Positions 1-12,360 of a stretch of DNA of 64,000 bases are shown in pieces. The DNA is from Macrostomum lignano (Eukaryota). Under the pieces are notes generated by a model. It was not told the DNA's origin and searched no databases. It saw nothing but the letters and a program-made list of their open reading frames with translations. A program made the position numbers and the translations under genes. Position 1 is the first letter of the stretch; the number at the start of each line of letters is the position of its first letter. Location: positions 124,001 through 188,000 of the forward strand of contig NIVC01000586.1 of assembly GCA_002269645.1 (NCBI GenBank), written 5' to 3'.

Positions 1-1300
1 CTTTCAGGTCAATTTCGCCCTCTTTGGACGAGACTGGAGGGCTCGACTAAGGCTGGACAAAGTGGCTCATGTCAACTTGGTCAGCTCCAGCTCCGCAACC
101 TACCACGATGCAGCAGTTCTCTGACATCTTTGCCGACGGACTGAAGAGCTATCGCCACGGCGAAGTCAAGCTGTAGGTGGACGAGCAGGACACGCCACGA
201 TTCTTCAAATCCAGATCAGTGCCGTACGCGCGGAGGGAGCGTGAGGACGAGGAGCTGAGAAGACTCGAAGCCGGGGCCATCATCCCGCCGATAAAGCATT
301 CAAACTGGGCTGCTCCAATCGTCCCGGTTTTGAGATTCGCATCTGCATCAACTATAAGGCGACCAGAACGTCGCCAGAGCACTATTTGAGACAACTTCAC
401 CAGGCTTGGCAGAGGAGCAGATGAACAAATATTCTTGTCACGGGCAAGACTAGAATTTGACTAGAGTGCTGTAGGGTCTTCAGGACGCTGGCTGGCCTTC
501 GACTAAACAGGGCCAAGTACCTGTTCTTCCAAGACTTTGTGAAGTATCTCGGTCATCGAAGCAACGCACAGACCCTGCCTGACGAGATCACAGCTGTGCA
601 GAACGCGCCTGTTCCTAAAAGACAAAGCCAGCCGCGGGCCTACCTGCAGGGCATGCTGACCATTACTCGAATTTCACGCCGCACCTGTCAACCGTGGACC
701 GATGAACCAGCTGCTGACGAAGAGCCCAGCACTACAACCCAGAGATGCCACTGTACTCGGAGATTGATCTTGGCACCCAAGATCAAGCCATCGCCTTCGC
801 AAGCCGCAGCCTGACGCCGGCACAGCGTAACTACTCTCAGCCGGACAAAGAGGCTCTGGCCATTATGTTCGGCTTGTCATCGTCACTGACCACCAGCCAC
901 TCCTCGGTCTGCTGCGAGAGCGCAAGGCCATCCCGGGACATGCTGCATCCCGCAGTGCAACGCAGTGCAGCGCTGTGCCATTCGGCTTTTCAAGTACGAC
1001 TACAGCCTGGAGCTCAAACCGACGGCGAGGCACGGCAGCTGTGACTCGCTCTCTCGCCTTCCCCTCAGTGATCAGTTCATCAAAAAGTCAGCCGTGAACT
1101 CCCTGCTCATCGACGAAGAGGTCGGGCTCAGCTCCGACTGTCAAAATCATCGCACAGAAGACGCGGACTGATGTGCATCTCGATCGGCAGGGTGCTGCTG
1201 TGTCTGCAGTCTGGCTCCCGAATCCCAGTTTTGACTCTTCGACAGCACGAGCTCTCAATTGAGTAGGGCTGCTTTCTGTTGGGATCCTGGGTCATTGAGG
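1..1300 (+). mobile_element. Degenerate Ty3/Gypsy (Mag-like) pol remnant: protease end, RT, RNase H, start of integrase region; many stops, frameshifts and deletions
   Basis: Fragments in Gypsy order: LFGRDW (protease end), PRFFKSRSVPYARRE..EL.RLE..II.P..HSNWAAPIVPV (RT start), VKYLGH (RT end), IAFASRSLTPAQRNYSQ.DKEALAIMFG (RNase H), YDYSLELKP..HG.CDSLSRLP. No LTR recognised. Confidence 0.85.
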
Positions 1301-2959
1301 GTCGCCTAAGTAGCTCGTATTTGGTGTACTGGAGTATGAGGTGCAGAAAAAGCTTTTAGTTTATTAGCCTCCGACGCAACTGCCTCGACTGCAGTGCTGC
1401 AGGTTTTCAGTTTCCTTTCTGTTGGAAAACGTTACTCTTATTCTAAATGAATATATGGTCCCAACCGGATGCAAACTCATGGGCCGACCAAAAACCTCCA
1501 CAACCCAACCCATGCATGAATGTCACAAGCAGCTGAAGTTGAAGTTCGCTCCTGGGGCAAATGCGACGGCTCCGGGATGTACCAGTGGTACGTCGGAAAT
1601 ATTCTTTTGTGCCGGTAATTACCACTACGCGTCTTCGCGCGGACTCTATCTAAGCTTCAAATTGTATGCTAGTCCTGCAAAATGTAGCCAGGTAGCTGGT
1701 AGCAAGAATCACAGCGCGAGGAGGCTGTTGGTGAGTTTAACAAAAGAATTGCAGCAACAGAGGGAAATGTGGAAAAAAGAGTAAATTTTGGTTGTATTAT
1801 TCAGCGTCACATCCCCACCGTCCTGAAGTCAAGGAAGCCCTCCAGGCGCAGATTTGCGATCTTTTATGAAAAAACGATTCTGCTTCACGGTAAAATATCG
1901 AATTTGACAAAGCAAGGCAGTTTTGTTAACGCCGGTCTCTTTCCTTCCCTTTCTCCTCATGGACTTCAGCAAGAACCAGAGGGCCGAATGGACTCGAGAC
2001 CTTTTTTTGACAGCTACCGCAGCTACCAAACACTTCATCGCCGCGCTTTGTAAAACAAAGGAAAGTGCGGGGGGTGGTTCAGCAGAAAAGCATTTGACCA
2101 TATTTGGGCTTCAATGCAGTGAGTTCAAGACCAAACAGGCACAAAGCGGAGGTCCGGAACTTGGATGAAAAAAATCGATATTATTTGGCTTCTCCACCGG
2201 AAATATCGACTTCTTTTTCAGAGCAGGAATCACATGCTTATTAATTGTCTTTTTATTTTGTTTTTTTCTTCAGACCAGCAAGGCCTGCAGTCAACACTGA
2301 AGCCCTCAACTCACATTAAAGCTCGCCTAGCACCAGCACCCGTGCAGCTCGTGCATAGTGGCTCAGCTCACGTTCCTCGTGTTTTGTGTACATTTTATGA
2401 ACATTGTGCTGTTTACCTCACAATTGCCTTTAACCATGCCGAATGGCGTACTAACCTCAGAAATCTTGACACTATTTAATACCTTGTCGCAGTTCGTTTC
2501 AATAGTCTTGCAGTGCGAAGCCGGGTCGTAAAATCGCTAACCAATATATGTTGATACTCAGAGATCTTCGAGTGATGGGACTTTTCAGTAACTGCCTTAT
2601 AAATTCAGCAAAGTTATTGTAGCTGTCGTGAGTCATGACTTTGAAACCAGTGCAGGCTTTAAGTGGTCCTTGGCTTGGATTTTGTACACTGGGTGGTAAA
2701 GTTGGTGGTACATGTATAAGTAGGAACCTGGCGACACAACTGGAAAATTCTTTACTGTAGATTAATTTTTTAAGCGGTTGCGGACCCTGCACTGACGGTT
2801 CAAAGTTGTAGGGATCAGCTGGTCTTTTAGTAGCAAATTAAATGAGGTTTGAAGAATGCGTATTGATAATTGATAATGGAAGGAGATCGTATTAATAGCA
2901 ATCGTATTGGGAGATGCCAGCCCTTCTAGATGTTAGTTAATTAGGTATGCTAAGTTTTT

Positions 2960-3110
2960 ATTTCAAAGAGTAGCTCTGGCTCTCGCGCGACGAACCCCGC
3001 CACGAACCCTGGTTCGATAACTGTTCGCGGTCACATTAATTTGGGACTTGGGCACAACCAATTACAACCAAAGCCAAGCCTCAAACCACAGCGAGTGTAC
3101 ATGCCTGGCC
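2960..3110 (+). mobile_element. Diverged tRNA-derived SINE-like copy, same family as 20000-20192
   Basis: B-box-like GGTTCGATAAC, then GTCACATTAATTTGGG and GTGTACATGCCT, both shared with the minus-strand copy at about 20.1 kb. The A box is degenerate. Confidence 0.45.
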
Positions 3111-3501
3111 ATTGGAAAGTCAGGGCCGCTGTATACTCTGTGTGAGTGTGTGCCTGCATACAGTACTCGCGCTCTTGTACCGTGTTCAGGAGTCCGAGGA
3201 ACTCCAGCAGTACAAGCTCAAGAATCATCGATAGACAAAAGTCTTGAGCCACGAGGACAGGTGTCTGGGATTGGCTGCAAAACGGCGGCCTCTGCTCAGA
3301 CTTTCTTTCACATCTCTCTAGCAAGCGTCTTTTCTAAAGCAGCTCCCAGAAACAAGTAGAAGCAAACGCACTCTGACATATGAGTAATTTATTTAGGATT
3401 TCAGTTGTGAAAAGACAGGTAAACTAGCTGTCTCTCAAGCCTTTTGTGCAAGAAGAATCGCAAGAAATTGAAGCCTGACAATCAAAGCTCCCGCTGGAAC
3501 C

Positions 3502-4955
3502 ATGATTGATACATTTTTGTCTTTAAAATTACTTTCCTTATTCGGTAAGTGGACAGCTCCCACTCTGACTTGAATATCGCTGCTCAAAGTTATTCAATGC
3601 ATTTGCTATTTATCATTGACCGCGCATTGCTCCAACGCAGTTTGCTGCTCTCTCGTGCTTCGAGTACAAGGCACCAGTTTGCGGATCTATTCTTCGTGCT
3701 CAGAGCAGCAGCTGCAGATGCTGGAAGCCATTCTGAACGACTACAACAACGTCACGACAATAACCGAGGCGACTGATGTAACCGACTGTCTAGAAAGGTG
3801 CCAGAGGGTGGGCTGCAGCGCTGCCGTCTCGGTGGAGAGCAATGCTACGTGCGAGTTTGTCACCATAGCAACCGCCAAGCTGTCAATCTCAACAAATCAG
3901 GTGCAGCAAGTCATCGGTTCTCAGGTCGGTGCGAAGGTGTGGAAGGCGGATGACAGCGACTGGCCTTTGCCTGCAGTGCAGCTTCTGAGTGAGTCATCAA
4001 TGCATTGTCGTGCACTCACTCCAATTTTGTACCTCGTTGACGCTGTCCCATTGCAGACAGCAGCACAGGCAGAAACGGCTCAATCCAAAGCGTCCTCATC
4101 AACACAACCGGCTGCTACCTGATCAAAGCTGCCGGCGCCAGAGGTGGCGGAAACTTACTGACGAACACATCCGGAGGTCAGGGAGCTCAGGTGAGTGCCA
4201 GGGTCAACCTGACAGCCGGCACCCAGCTGAGCATCGTTGTGGGCCAGATGGGCGGCTCGACCCCCCTCGAGTTTGAAGGAGGAGGCGGAGGCGGAGGCAG
4301 CTTCGTGTACCGGATGGGCGACCAGCTGTTGCTGCTGGCTGCCGGCGGAGGCGGCGGAGCTTGCTTCAATAAAGATGGTGAGCTCGGTAGCTGCAGATGC
4401 TTGAAAATGATAAATTATGAAACTAGACAACCACTTGGATCAGCAGTTTGATTGATTTAAACCTTAGGAAGACCGGGAGAGACTGGGGTCAACGGTTCGG
4501 ACAGTGTGGGGAACGTCGAACACACGGGCTTCGGCGGCACCAACGGTCAGCCGGGCTCCAACAACCCCGCTAGCACCCCAAGCGAAAGTAACCACGGCGG
4601 CTGCGGCGCCGGCTGGCTTGGCAGGGCCGTCAGCCCCAGACGGAGCTCCGTGGATGGAGAGAGAGGTGGCAGTCTGGCCGATCGCTGGGTTGGCGGCAAC
4701 GCCGGAGACGGCAGCGTCTGCGATGGCGGCTTCGGAGGAGGCGGCGGAGGCGGCAGCAGGACCAGCTCAGTGAAAGGCACCGCTGGGGCAGGCGGCGGCT
4801 TCAGCGGCGGCGGAGCCGGACTGGGCTACGGCCAGAGCGGCGGCGGCGGCGGCTCCTTCTGCTGGGGCGGCTGCGTATTCGGCGGCAACTGGACCGGCGA
4901 CCACGGCTTCGTGTCCGTCCTGCTGGAGTCGGCCGCCTGCGACTCGGGCGCCTGA
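3502..4955 (+). CDS. Secreted PAN/apple-like + ALK/LTK-type glycine-rich-domain protein, 399 aa; exons 3502-3544, 3641-3988, 4057-4377, 4468-4955
   Basis: Four exons join in frame through GT-AG introns of 96, 68 and 90 bp (1200 nt including stop). Signal peptide MIDTFLSLKLLSLFVCCSLVLRVQG; PAN-like DCLERCQRVGCSAAVSVESNATC; GRD motifs YLIKAAGARGG, LSIVVGQMG, GGGGGGGSFV, LLLAAGGGGG, GGFGGGGGG, GGGFSGG, GGGGGSF. No TM segment or kinase before the TGA. Confidence 0.85.
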
Positions 4956-5801
4956 TGCCACTGCAACAGCTGGTTGAACTGGCGCTTATCTTCTGGGACA
5001 GAAGGCTTAGGTGTCCTAGAAGCTGTAATGGTAGTGATTAGTAGGCTACAGCAGGTGAAGAGATTCTTAGTTACTGGCACAGTAGTCGGGGTAGGGTTTG
5101 ATTTTAAATTCCCTATTTTGAAATTAACGAATTCCCACAGTTTCATTCTTTTCCCAATAAACTCTATCTGTTATTTCAAAATTTCAATATCTGATGTTAC
5201 AGAATAGTTAATTCAAGAATATTCGCATTATACTACTGGTAATAAGATTATTAATAGTAATGTAAGGCTTCAGAGTTAATAAGTAACTCTTAATCTAACT
5301 TCTCACTTACTTCTCATTACTACTTGAAAGCCAATTTTATTCAATAATTTTTTTGCCGTTTTCTTCTGAAATTCGATCGAACTCAACTGCTCTTTTTAAA
5401 CTGAGTCTCGAATCTTTCACTGCTACTGACACTGCACTTAAGGCAACTCAAACAGGTCTCAGTTCCGACTATAAACTAATAAACACTGAATGCACTCCTC
5501 TGTCCACAGCCGCTCGTCTTTTTTCCTGCCAGGGAATTTCTGGAGGTTTTTTTAGACGAGCGGGATATATAATTGTGTGCTCAGCTGCCTTTCAGTTTCT
5601 GCTGTCGGCGCATGCTAAAGCCGCAATATTCAGCCGACTTTTTGCCACTCAAGTAGAAGCTGACGGAAAACAACACTTGAAAAATTTTAAGAGGCAGATT
5701 TTACCGAAAAATTCCAATGCTTGAAAATTCGTCACTAGTCAGCTAAGAATGATAAAATAAATTTATAAAACCAATGAGCCGAGCTGTGCCATTTTTTGGC
5801 A

Positions 5802-5946
5802 TAGGATCAACACGTGTGCGTAGGATCAACACGTGTGCGTAGGATCAACACGTGTGCGTAGGATCAACACGTGTGCGTAGGATCAACACGTGTGCGTAGG
5901 ATCAACACGTGTGCGTAGGATCAACACGTGTGCGTAGGATCAACAC
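5802..5946. repeat. Perfect 19-bp tandem repeat TAGGATCAACACGTGTGCG, about 7.6 copies
   Basis: Directly visible; seven identical full units plus a partial unit. Confidence 0.95.
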
Positions 5947-6567
5947 AGACCAGCTCGCACAATGACTCGCTAGAATGGCACATTGCGCGTTGAGGGTTGG
6001 AGCAAAGTTCTTTATTCATTTTTGCCAGGTGCTTATAATGTACATCTCTTAGTCCGTCGCGCAGACGCAGTCTTTTCTTCTGGTCGCTACTCCACGCTTC
6101 AGGTACTCCACGTTTTGGCAAAATTGATTGCAGTTTTCAAAGAGTTGTCTGTGGCTGAAACTCTGGTCATGACTGAGCAGACTTGGCCTAGACAGCTAAA
6201 TTATAAGTGATATTTTTCCGCGGGCAAAATTGATTGCAGTTGGTCAGTTTTACTATAGCTAGTTATTGCTTGAGCAATACTTTTCTGCTGTTGATAAAAT
6301 TAAATTTTCACCCGCAGAAACATTTTAGTAAGGAACGTACTACATGTATATCGCTACATGATATATGTTTTAGCTGTAACATGAAGTCTCAAATCAAACG
6401 GGAGAGATTTCTCAAGTCGATCTACGGCAAAAATATCTGAATTTGGCGCACCGGTAATCGACCAAACGACCGATTGCTCCACGATGATCACAAAATTCAT
6501 TCATACATGTAGTCAAAAATGCTGCTTGACCTTTGCAAAAAACATGTTTTTCAAAAAATCTAATCTC

Positions 6568-8227
6568 TGTATGAGTATGACCAAGCTGTACGAGTATGAC
6601 CAAGCTGTATGAGTATGACCAAGCTGTATGAGTATGACCAAGCTGTGTGAGTATGACCAAGCTGTATGAGTATGACCAAGCTGTATGAGTATGACCAAGC
6701 TGTGTGAGTATGACCAAGCTGTATGAGTATGACCAAGCTGTGTGAGTATGACCAAGCTGTATGAGTATGACCAAGCTGTGTGAGTATGACCAAGCTGTAT
6801 GAGTATGACCAAGCTGTATGAGTATGACCAAGCTGTGTGAGTATGACCAAGCTGTATGAGTATGACCAAGCTGTGTGAGTATGACCAAGCTGTATGAGTA
6901 TGACCAAGCTGTGTGAGTATGACCAAGCTGTGTGAGTATGACCAAGCTGTATGAGTATGACCAAGCTGTACGAGTATGACCAAGCTGTGTGAGTATGACC
7001 AAGCTGTGTGAGTACGACCAATTCAAGCTGTGTGAGTATGACCAAGCTGTATGAGTATGACCAAGCTGTATAAGTATGACCAAGCTGTATGAGTATGACC
7101 AAGCTGTGTGAGTATGACCAAGCTGTGTGAGTATGACCAAGCTGTATGAGTATGACCAAGCTGTATGAGTATGACCAAGCTGTGTGAGTATGACCAAGCT
7201 GTGTGAGTATGACCAAGCTGTATGAGTATGACCAAGCTGTACGAGTATGACCAAGCTGTGTGAGTATGACCAAGCTGTGTGAGTACGACCAATTCAAGCT
7301 GTGTGAGTATGACCAAGCTGTATGAGTATGACCAAGCTGTATAAGTATGACCAAGCTGTATGAGTATGACCAAGCTGTGTGAGTATGACCAAGCTGTGTG
7401 AGTATGACCAAGCTGTATGAGTATGACCAAGCTGTATGAGTATGACCAAGCTGTGTGAGTATGACCAAGCTGTGTGAGTATGACCAAGCTGTGTGAGTAT
7501 GACCAAGCTGTGTGAGTATGACCAAGCTGTGTGAGTACGACCAATTCAAGCTGTGTGAGTATGACCAAGCTGTATGAGTATGACCAAGCTGTATAAGTAT
7601 GACCAAGCTGTATGAGTATGACCAAGCTGTGTGAGTATGACCAAGCTGTGTGAGTATGACCAAGCTGTATGAGTATGACCAAGCTGTATGAGTATGACCA
7701 AGCTGTGTGAGTATGACCAAGCTGTGTGAGTATGACCAAGCTGTGTGAGTATGACCAAGCTGTGTGAGTATGACCAAGCTGTGTGAGTACGACCAATTCA
7801 AGCTGTGTGAGTATGACCAAGCTGTATGAGTATGACCAAGCTGTATAAGTATGACCAAGCTGTATGAGTATGACCAAGCTGTGTGAGTATGACCAAGCTG
7901 TGTGAGTATGACCAAGCTGTATGAGTATGACCAAGCTGTATAAGTATGACCAAGCTGTATGAGTATGACCAAGCTGTGTGAGTATGACCAAGCTGTGTGA
8001 GTATGACCAAGCTGTGTGAGTATGACCAAGCTGTATGAGTATGACCAAGCTGTGTGAGTACGACCAAGCTGTGTGAGTATGACCAAGCTGTGTGAGTATG
8101 ACTAAGCTGTCTGAGTATGACCAAGCTGTGTGAGTATGACCAAGCTGTGTGAGTATGACCAAGCTGTGTGAGTATGACTAAGCTGTCTGAGTATGACCAA
8201 GCTGTGTGAGTATGACCAAGCTGTGTG
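6568..8227. repeat. 19-bp satellite (GAGTATGACCAAGCTGT[G/A]T)n with higher-order 252/271-bp periodicity
   Basis: Direct reading. The marker variant GACCAATTCAAG has its AATTC at 7020, 7291, 7543 and 7795. Confidence 0.97.
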
Positions 8228-8451
8228 AGTAGAGAGCGAAGCCGCGAGAGAGAAAGTTATGTGTTGTATGTAGCCGAAAAAGCCTCAATGTATTGTAGGC
8301 TCTGTGCGATCGATTTGTATATTTAGCAGCGACCCTGCAGTTGGGACTGCGTACACTAAAAACAGAAAGCCAAGAATATTGGATGTACATCGCAAATGCA
8401 CACCAGGACTAAAAAACACATCATGCTAGCACTGGGCAGCAGGCGCCTACA
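8228..8451 (-). repeat. 3' LTR of the Gypsy element (224 bp)
   Basis: Near-identical to 13616-13840. On the minus strand it starts TGTAGG and is preceded by the polypurine tract GGGGAGAAT (8452-8460). Confidence 0.93.
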
Positions 8452-8556
8452 ATTCTCCCCAACCAGAGAGATCCCAGGGGATAAAAAAACGAGTTCAATT
8501 ACTCAGCTACAACCCAAGGCAATCAAAGCGGCCCGCCCACGCACAAGAGCCCTAGG

Positions 8557-11030
8557 TCACAATTTGTAGCTGAGCACTCTGTTACGGGCAGCTCTTGGAT
8601 GTTCTCGCGTGGCGATGCTACCGCTGGGTAGACTTGCGGGCTGACCGGCAGGTTGGCCGGCAGGCTCTCCGGCAGATTGGCCGGCAGGCTCTCCGGCAGA
8701 TTGGCCGGCAGGCTCTCCGGCAGATTGGCCGGCAGGCTCTCCGGCAGATTGGCCGGCAGGCTCTCCGGCAGATTGGCCGGCAGGCTCTCCGGCAGGTTGG
8801 CCGGCAGGGGCTCTCCGGCAGGTTGGCCGGCAGGCTCTCCGGCAGATTGGCCGGCAGGCTCTCCGGCAGATTGGCCGGCAGGCTCTCCGGCAGATTGGCC
8901 GGCAGGCTCTCCGGCAGATTGGCCGGCAGGCTCTCCGGCAGATTGGCCGGCAGGCTCTCCGGCAGGTTGGCCGGCAGGCTCTCCGGCAGGTTGGCCGGCA
9001 GGCTCTCCGGCAGGTTGGCCGGCAGGCTCTCCGGCAGATTGGCCGGCAGGCTCTCCGGCAGGTTGGCCGGCAGGCTCCCCGGCAGGTTGGCCGGCAGGCT
9101 CTCCGGCAGGTTGGCCGGCAGGCTCCCCGGCAGGCTGGCCGGCAGGCTCTCCGGCAGATTGGCCGGCAGGCTCTCCGGCAGGTTGGCCGGCAGGCTCTCC
9201 GGCAGATTGGCCGGCAGGCTCCCCGGCAGGCTGGCCGGCAGGCTGGCCGGCAGGCTCTCCGGCAGATTGGCCGGCAGGCTCTCCGGCAGGTTGGCCGGCA
9301 GGCTCTCCGGCAGATTGGCCGGCAGGCTCTCCGGCAGATTGGCCGGCAGGCTCTCCGGCAGGTTGGCCGGCAGGCTCTCCGGCAGGTTGGCCGGCAGGCT
9401 CTCCGGCAGATTGGCCGGCAGGCTCTCCGGCAGGTTGGCCGGCAGGCTCCCCGGCAGGTTGGCCGGCAGGCTCTCCGGCAGGTTGGCCGGCAGGCTCCCC
9501 GGCAGGCTGGCCGGCAGGCTGGCCGGCAGGCTGGCCGGCAGGCTGGCCGGCAGGCTCTCCGGCAGATTGGCCGGCAGGCTCTCCGGCAGGCTGGCCGGCA
9601 GGCTCTCCGGCAGATTGGCCGGCAGGCTCCCCGGCAGGCTGGCCGGCAGGCTGGCCGGCAGGCTCTCCGGCAGATTGGCCGGCAGGCTCTCCGGCAGGTT
9701 GGCCGGCAGGCTCCCCGACAGGCTGGCCGGCAGGCTGGCCGGCAGGCTCTCCGGCAGATTGGCCGGCAGGCTCTCCGGCAGATTGGCCGGCAGGCTCTCC
9801 GGCAGGTTGGCCGGCAGGCTCTCCGGCAGATTGGCCGGCAGGCTCTTCGGCAGGTTGGCCGGCAGGCTCTCCGGCAGATTGGCCGGCAGGCTCTCCGGCA
9901 GGTTGGCCGGCAGGCTCCCCGGCAGGCTGGCCAGCAGGCTCTCCGGCAGGTTGGCCGGCAGGCTCCCCGGCAGGCTCCCCGGCAGGCTCTCCGGCAGATT
10001 GGCCGGCAGGCTCTCCGGCAGGTTGGCCGGCAGGCTCCCCGGCAGGCTGGCCGGCAGGCTCTCCGGCAGGTTGGCCGGCAGGCTCCCCGGCAGGCTCTCC
10101 GGCAGATTGGCCGGCAGGCTCTCCGACCCGGGGCCGCAGCTGCGAGACGTGGCGCATGCAGGACTGTTCGCCGCGTTGCAGGACACACGTGTCTCCCTGG
10201 ACCTGCTTGACTGTCCAAGGATGTGGCTCGAACGGCAGCTGCAGTTTGTTACGTGGCTGCTTCTTTCGCAGAACTTTGTTGCCGACTCTGACGCCGTGCT
10301 CCTTGACACCCTTGCGATCATCGAACCGCGCCTTCATGTCTTGGACATAGTTTCTGTGCCAGCTCTGCACCTTTTCATGGTTGACGTCGATGAGCTGTGA
10401 TGGTTTGATGGTCGGGATGCCGTCGTTCATCGTCCTGCCCATGAGTAGCTCAGCGGGTGCGCGGCCGGTCGCTCGATGTGGTGTCGTGCGGAACGCCAAC
10501 AGCCAGTCCTCGCTAGCCTCCCGCCAGTTACGACCTTCGGCCACTGCCGTCTGAATCACTTTCCCGATGCTGCGGTTGACTCGCTCCGTCGCTCCGCTGG
10601 ATTCTGGGTGCAGCGGGCAGATGAGGCGGTGGTGAATGCCGTACGAGGCGAGGAAGCTGCGGAAAGCTGCCGAGCTGAATGGCGGGCCGTTGTCGGTGAC
10701 CACCTCAATCGGGACGCCGTACCTGCCGAACAGCCTCCGCAGGTGGGGTACTTGGAATACAAGTCGGTGGTGACCAGGAGCATCTGGCCTTGCACTGGGC
10801 CGTAGAAATCCATGCCTAGTAGCAGCCAGGCACCGTCCGGAATATCTGTCGGCCTCAATGGTGTCTGTCGCAATCCGGTGGCCGCAGCCTGGCACAGTGT
10901 GCAGCACTGGACGAAGAGCTCGCAGTCGCTGCGCATCCGAGACCACCACACCTTCGTCTGCAGGCGTTTAAGGGTGCGGTCGGCGCCCAGATGACCGGTG
11001 TGCGCCAGTTGAAGGATCGGCCTGCGCAGC
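8557..11030 (-). pseudogene. Gypsy integrase region (HHCC, DDE) with repeat-expanded C-terminal tail; frameshifted
   Basis: AHTGHLG...CTLC, DFYGP, VTDNGPPF and GATERVN motifs; the tail is (GEPAGQ[P/S]A)n. A 2-nt GG insertion at 8807-8810 shifts the frame away from the likely native end ..REHPRAARNRVLSYKL* at 8557. Confidence 0.85.
8645..10125. repeat. 12/24-bp GC-rich tandem repeat (GGCAGGCTCTCC / GGCAG[A/G]TTGGCC)n inside the integrase tail, about 120 12-mers
   Basis: Direct reading. The units contain no stop codon on either strand. Confidence 0.97.
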
Positions 11031-12360
11031 GACTCGGGGATTCGGTGGCGGACGGGAGCCAGGCTTGAAAAGCGGCACGAGCGGTCGGTGGTCCGTCACC
11101 ACGGTGAAGTCTGGGTCACCAGCCAGATAGTGCTCAAACTTGAGACACCCAAATTTGATGGCCAACGCCTCCCGCTCGATCTGCGCGTACAGCTGCTCCA
11201 CCGGCGAGAGGGCTCTGATGGCGTAGGCGACAGGTCGGCTGCTACCGTCCGGCTGCCGCTGCGTGAGGATGGCGCCGAGGCCGATCGGCGATGCGTCCAC
11301 CAGGAGTTCCGTGTGCAGCCTGTGGTCGAAAAAGCCAGCGTGTCCGCGTCTGTGATTGCCTTCTTGATGCCGTTGAACGCTGCTGTGTGTTTTCTGTCCA
11401 CTCCCAGGCGTGGCCCTTCTTCGTCAGCTGCCGGAGTGGGGCAGCGAGGTCAGCGAAGTTCGGGATGAACTTTGCCAGGAAGTTAGCGGTTCCCAGGAAA
11501 GAGTGGACGTCGGCCACGTTGGAGGGCTCTCGGAAGTTCTGCATGGCGTCAATTTTCTCGGTGGCCGGTTGCATGCCCCGGGCGGTCAGGCGCATCCCGA
11601 GAGACTCGACGGTCGGCCGGGCGAACCTGCACTTGTCCTCATTGAGGGTGATCCCGAACTCTCGGAGGCGCTGAAGGCAGGCGTCCAGCCTCTCATGGTG
11701 CTGCTTCAGTTTGGAGGCGTACACCACCACGTCGTCGTGCGCCCACCGGACGCCGTCGATGCCGCTGAGGATGCCAAGCATGACTCGTTGAAGGATTTCC
11801 GAGGCATTTGTGAACCCCATGCTGAGCCTCTTGAGCCGCATCAGTCCGAAGGGCGTGCTGAAGGTGAAGAGGTGACGGCTGCTCTCGTGGACTGGGATCT
11901 GATAAAAAGCCTTCCGGATATCGAGTTCGCTGAACAGCTTGGCGTCTGCCATTTCCTCGGTGATTTCGTCCAGCGTGGGGATTTGCTGCTTCTCTGGGAT
12001 GACGAAAGCGTTGAGATCACGGAGGTCCTGGCAGATTCTGACGCCACCGTCGCCCTTGGGCACCACCACCATGCGTGACACCCAGGCGCTGGGACCTTTG
12101 ACTGCCTCAATGATGCCCTGCTCCTCCAAAGCCTTGAGCTCGTCCACTACGGCCTCTTTCAGGTGCGCCGCCACACGTGAGGGCGCCTGGCAGACTGGAA
12201 CAGCGTCATCGGACAGCTGGACCTGGACCTCTACTCCCTTGATGCATCCGATGCCGTTGAAGACTTCTTTGTGCCTCTGCAGGATGGCTTTGAGCTGGGG
12301 GTCGCTAAACTGCTCGTAGGGTGTGGTGTCGGCGATTGCGTTTATGTTTTGCGGCTTGGT
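11030..12360 (-). pseudogene. Gypsy RT and RNase H, frameshifted
   Basis: WVSRMVVVPK..GGVRICQDLRDLN, LDIRKAFYQI, RLSMGFTNASE, WAHDDVVV, FLGTANF; RNase H DASPIGLGAILTQ..YAQIEREALAIKFG..TDHRPL, spread over three frames. Confidence 0.9.

Noticed and set aside
1422-2800. Short ORFs of 60-120 aa
   Set aside because: No recognisable motifs, codon bias or coherent splice structure.
6412-8390. Long ORFs (up to 508 aa) in the 19-bp satellite, and similar ORFs at 27.9-29.0 kb
   Set aside because: They result from stop-free repeat units read in rotating frames; there is no domain content.
8557-10400. Four additional overlapping 550-600-aa ORFs (Cys/Arg-, Trp/Pro- and Leu/Arg-rich)
   Set aside because: Alternative frames of the same stop-free 12-bp repeat.
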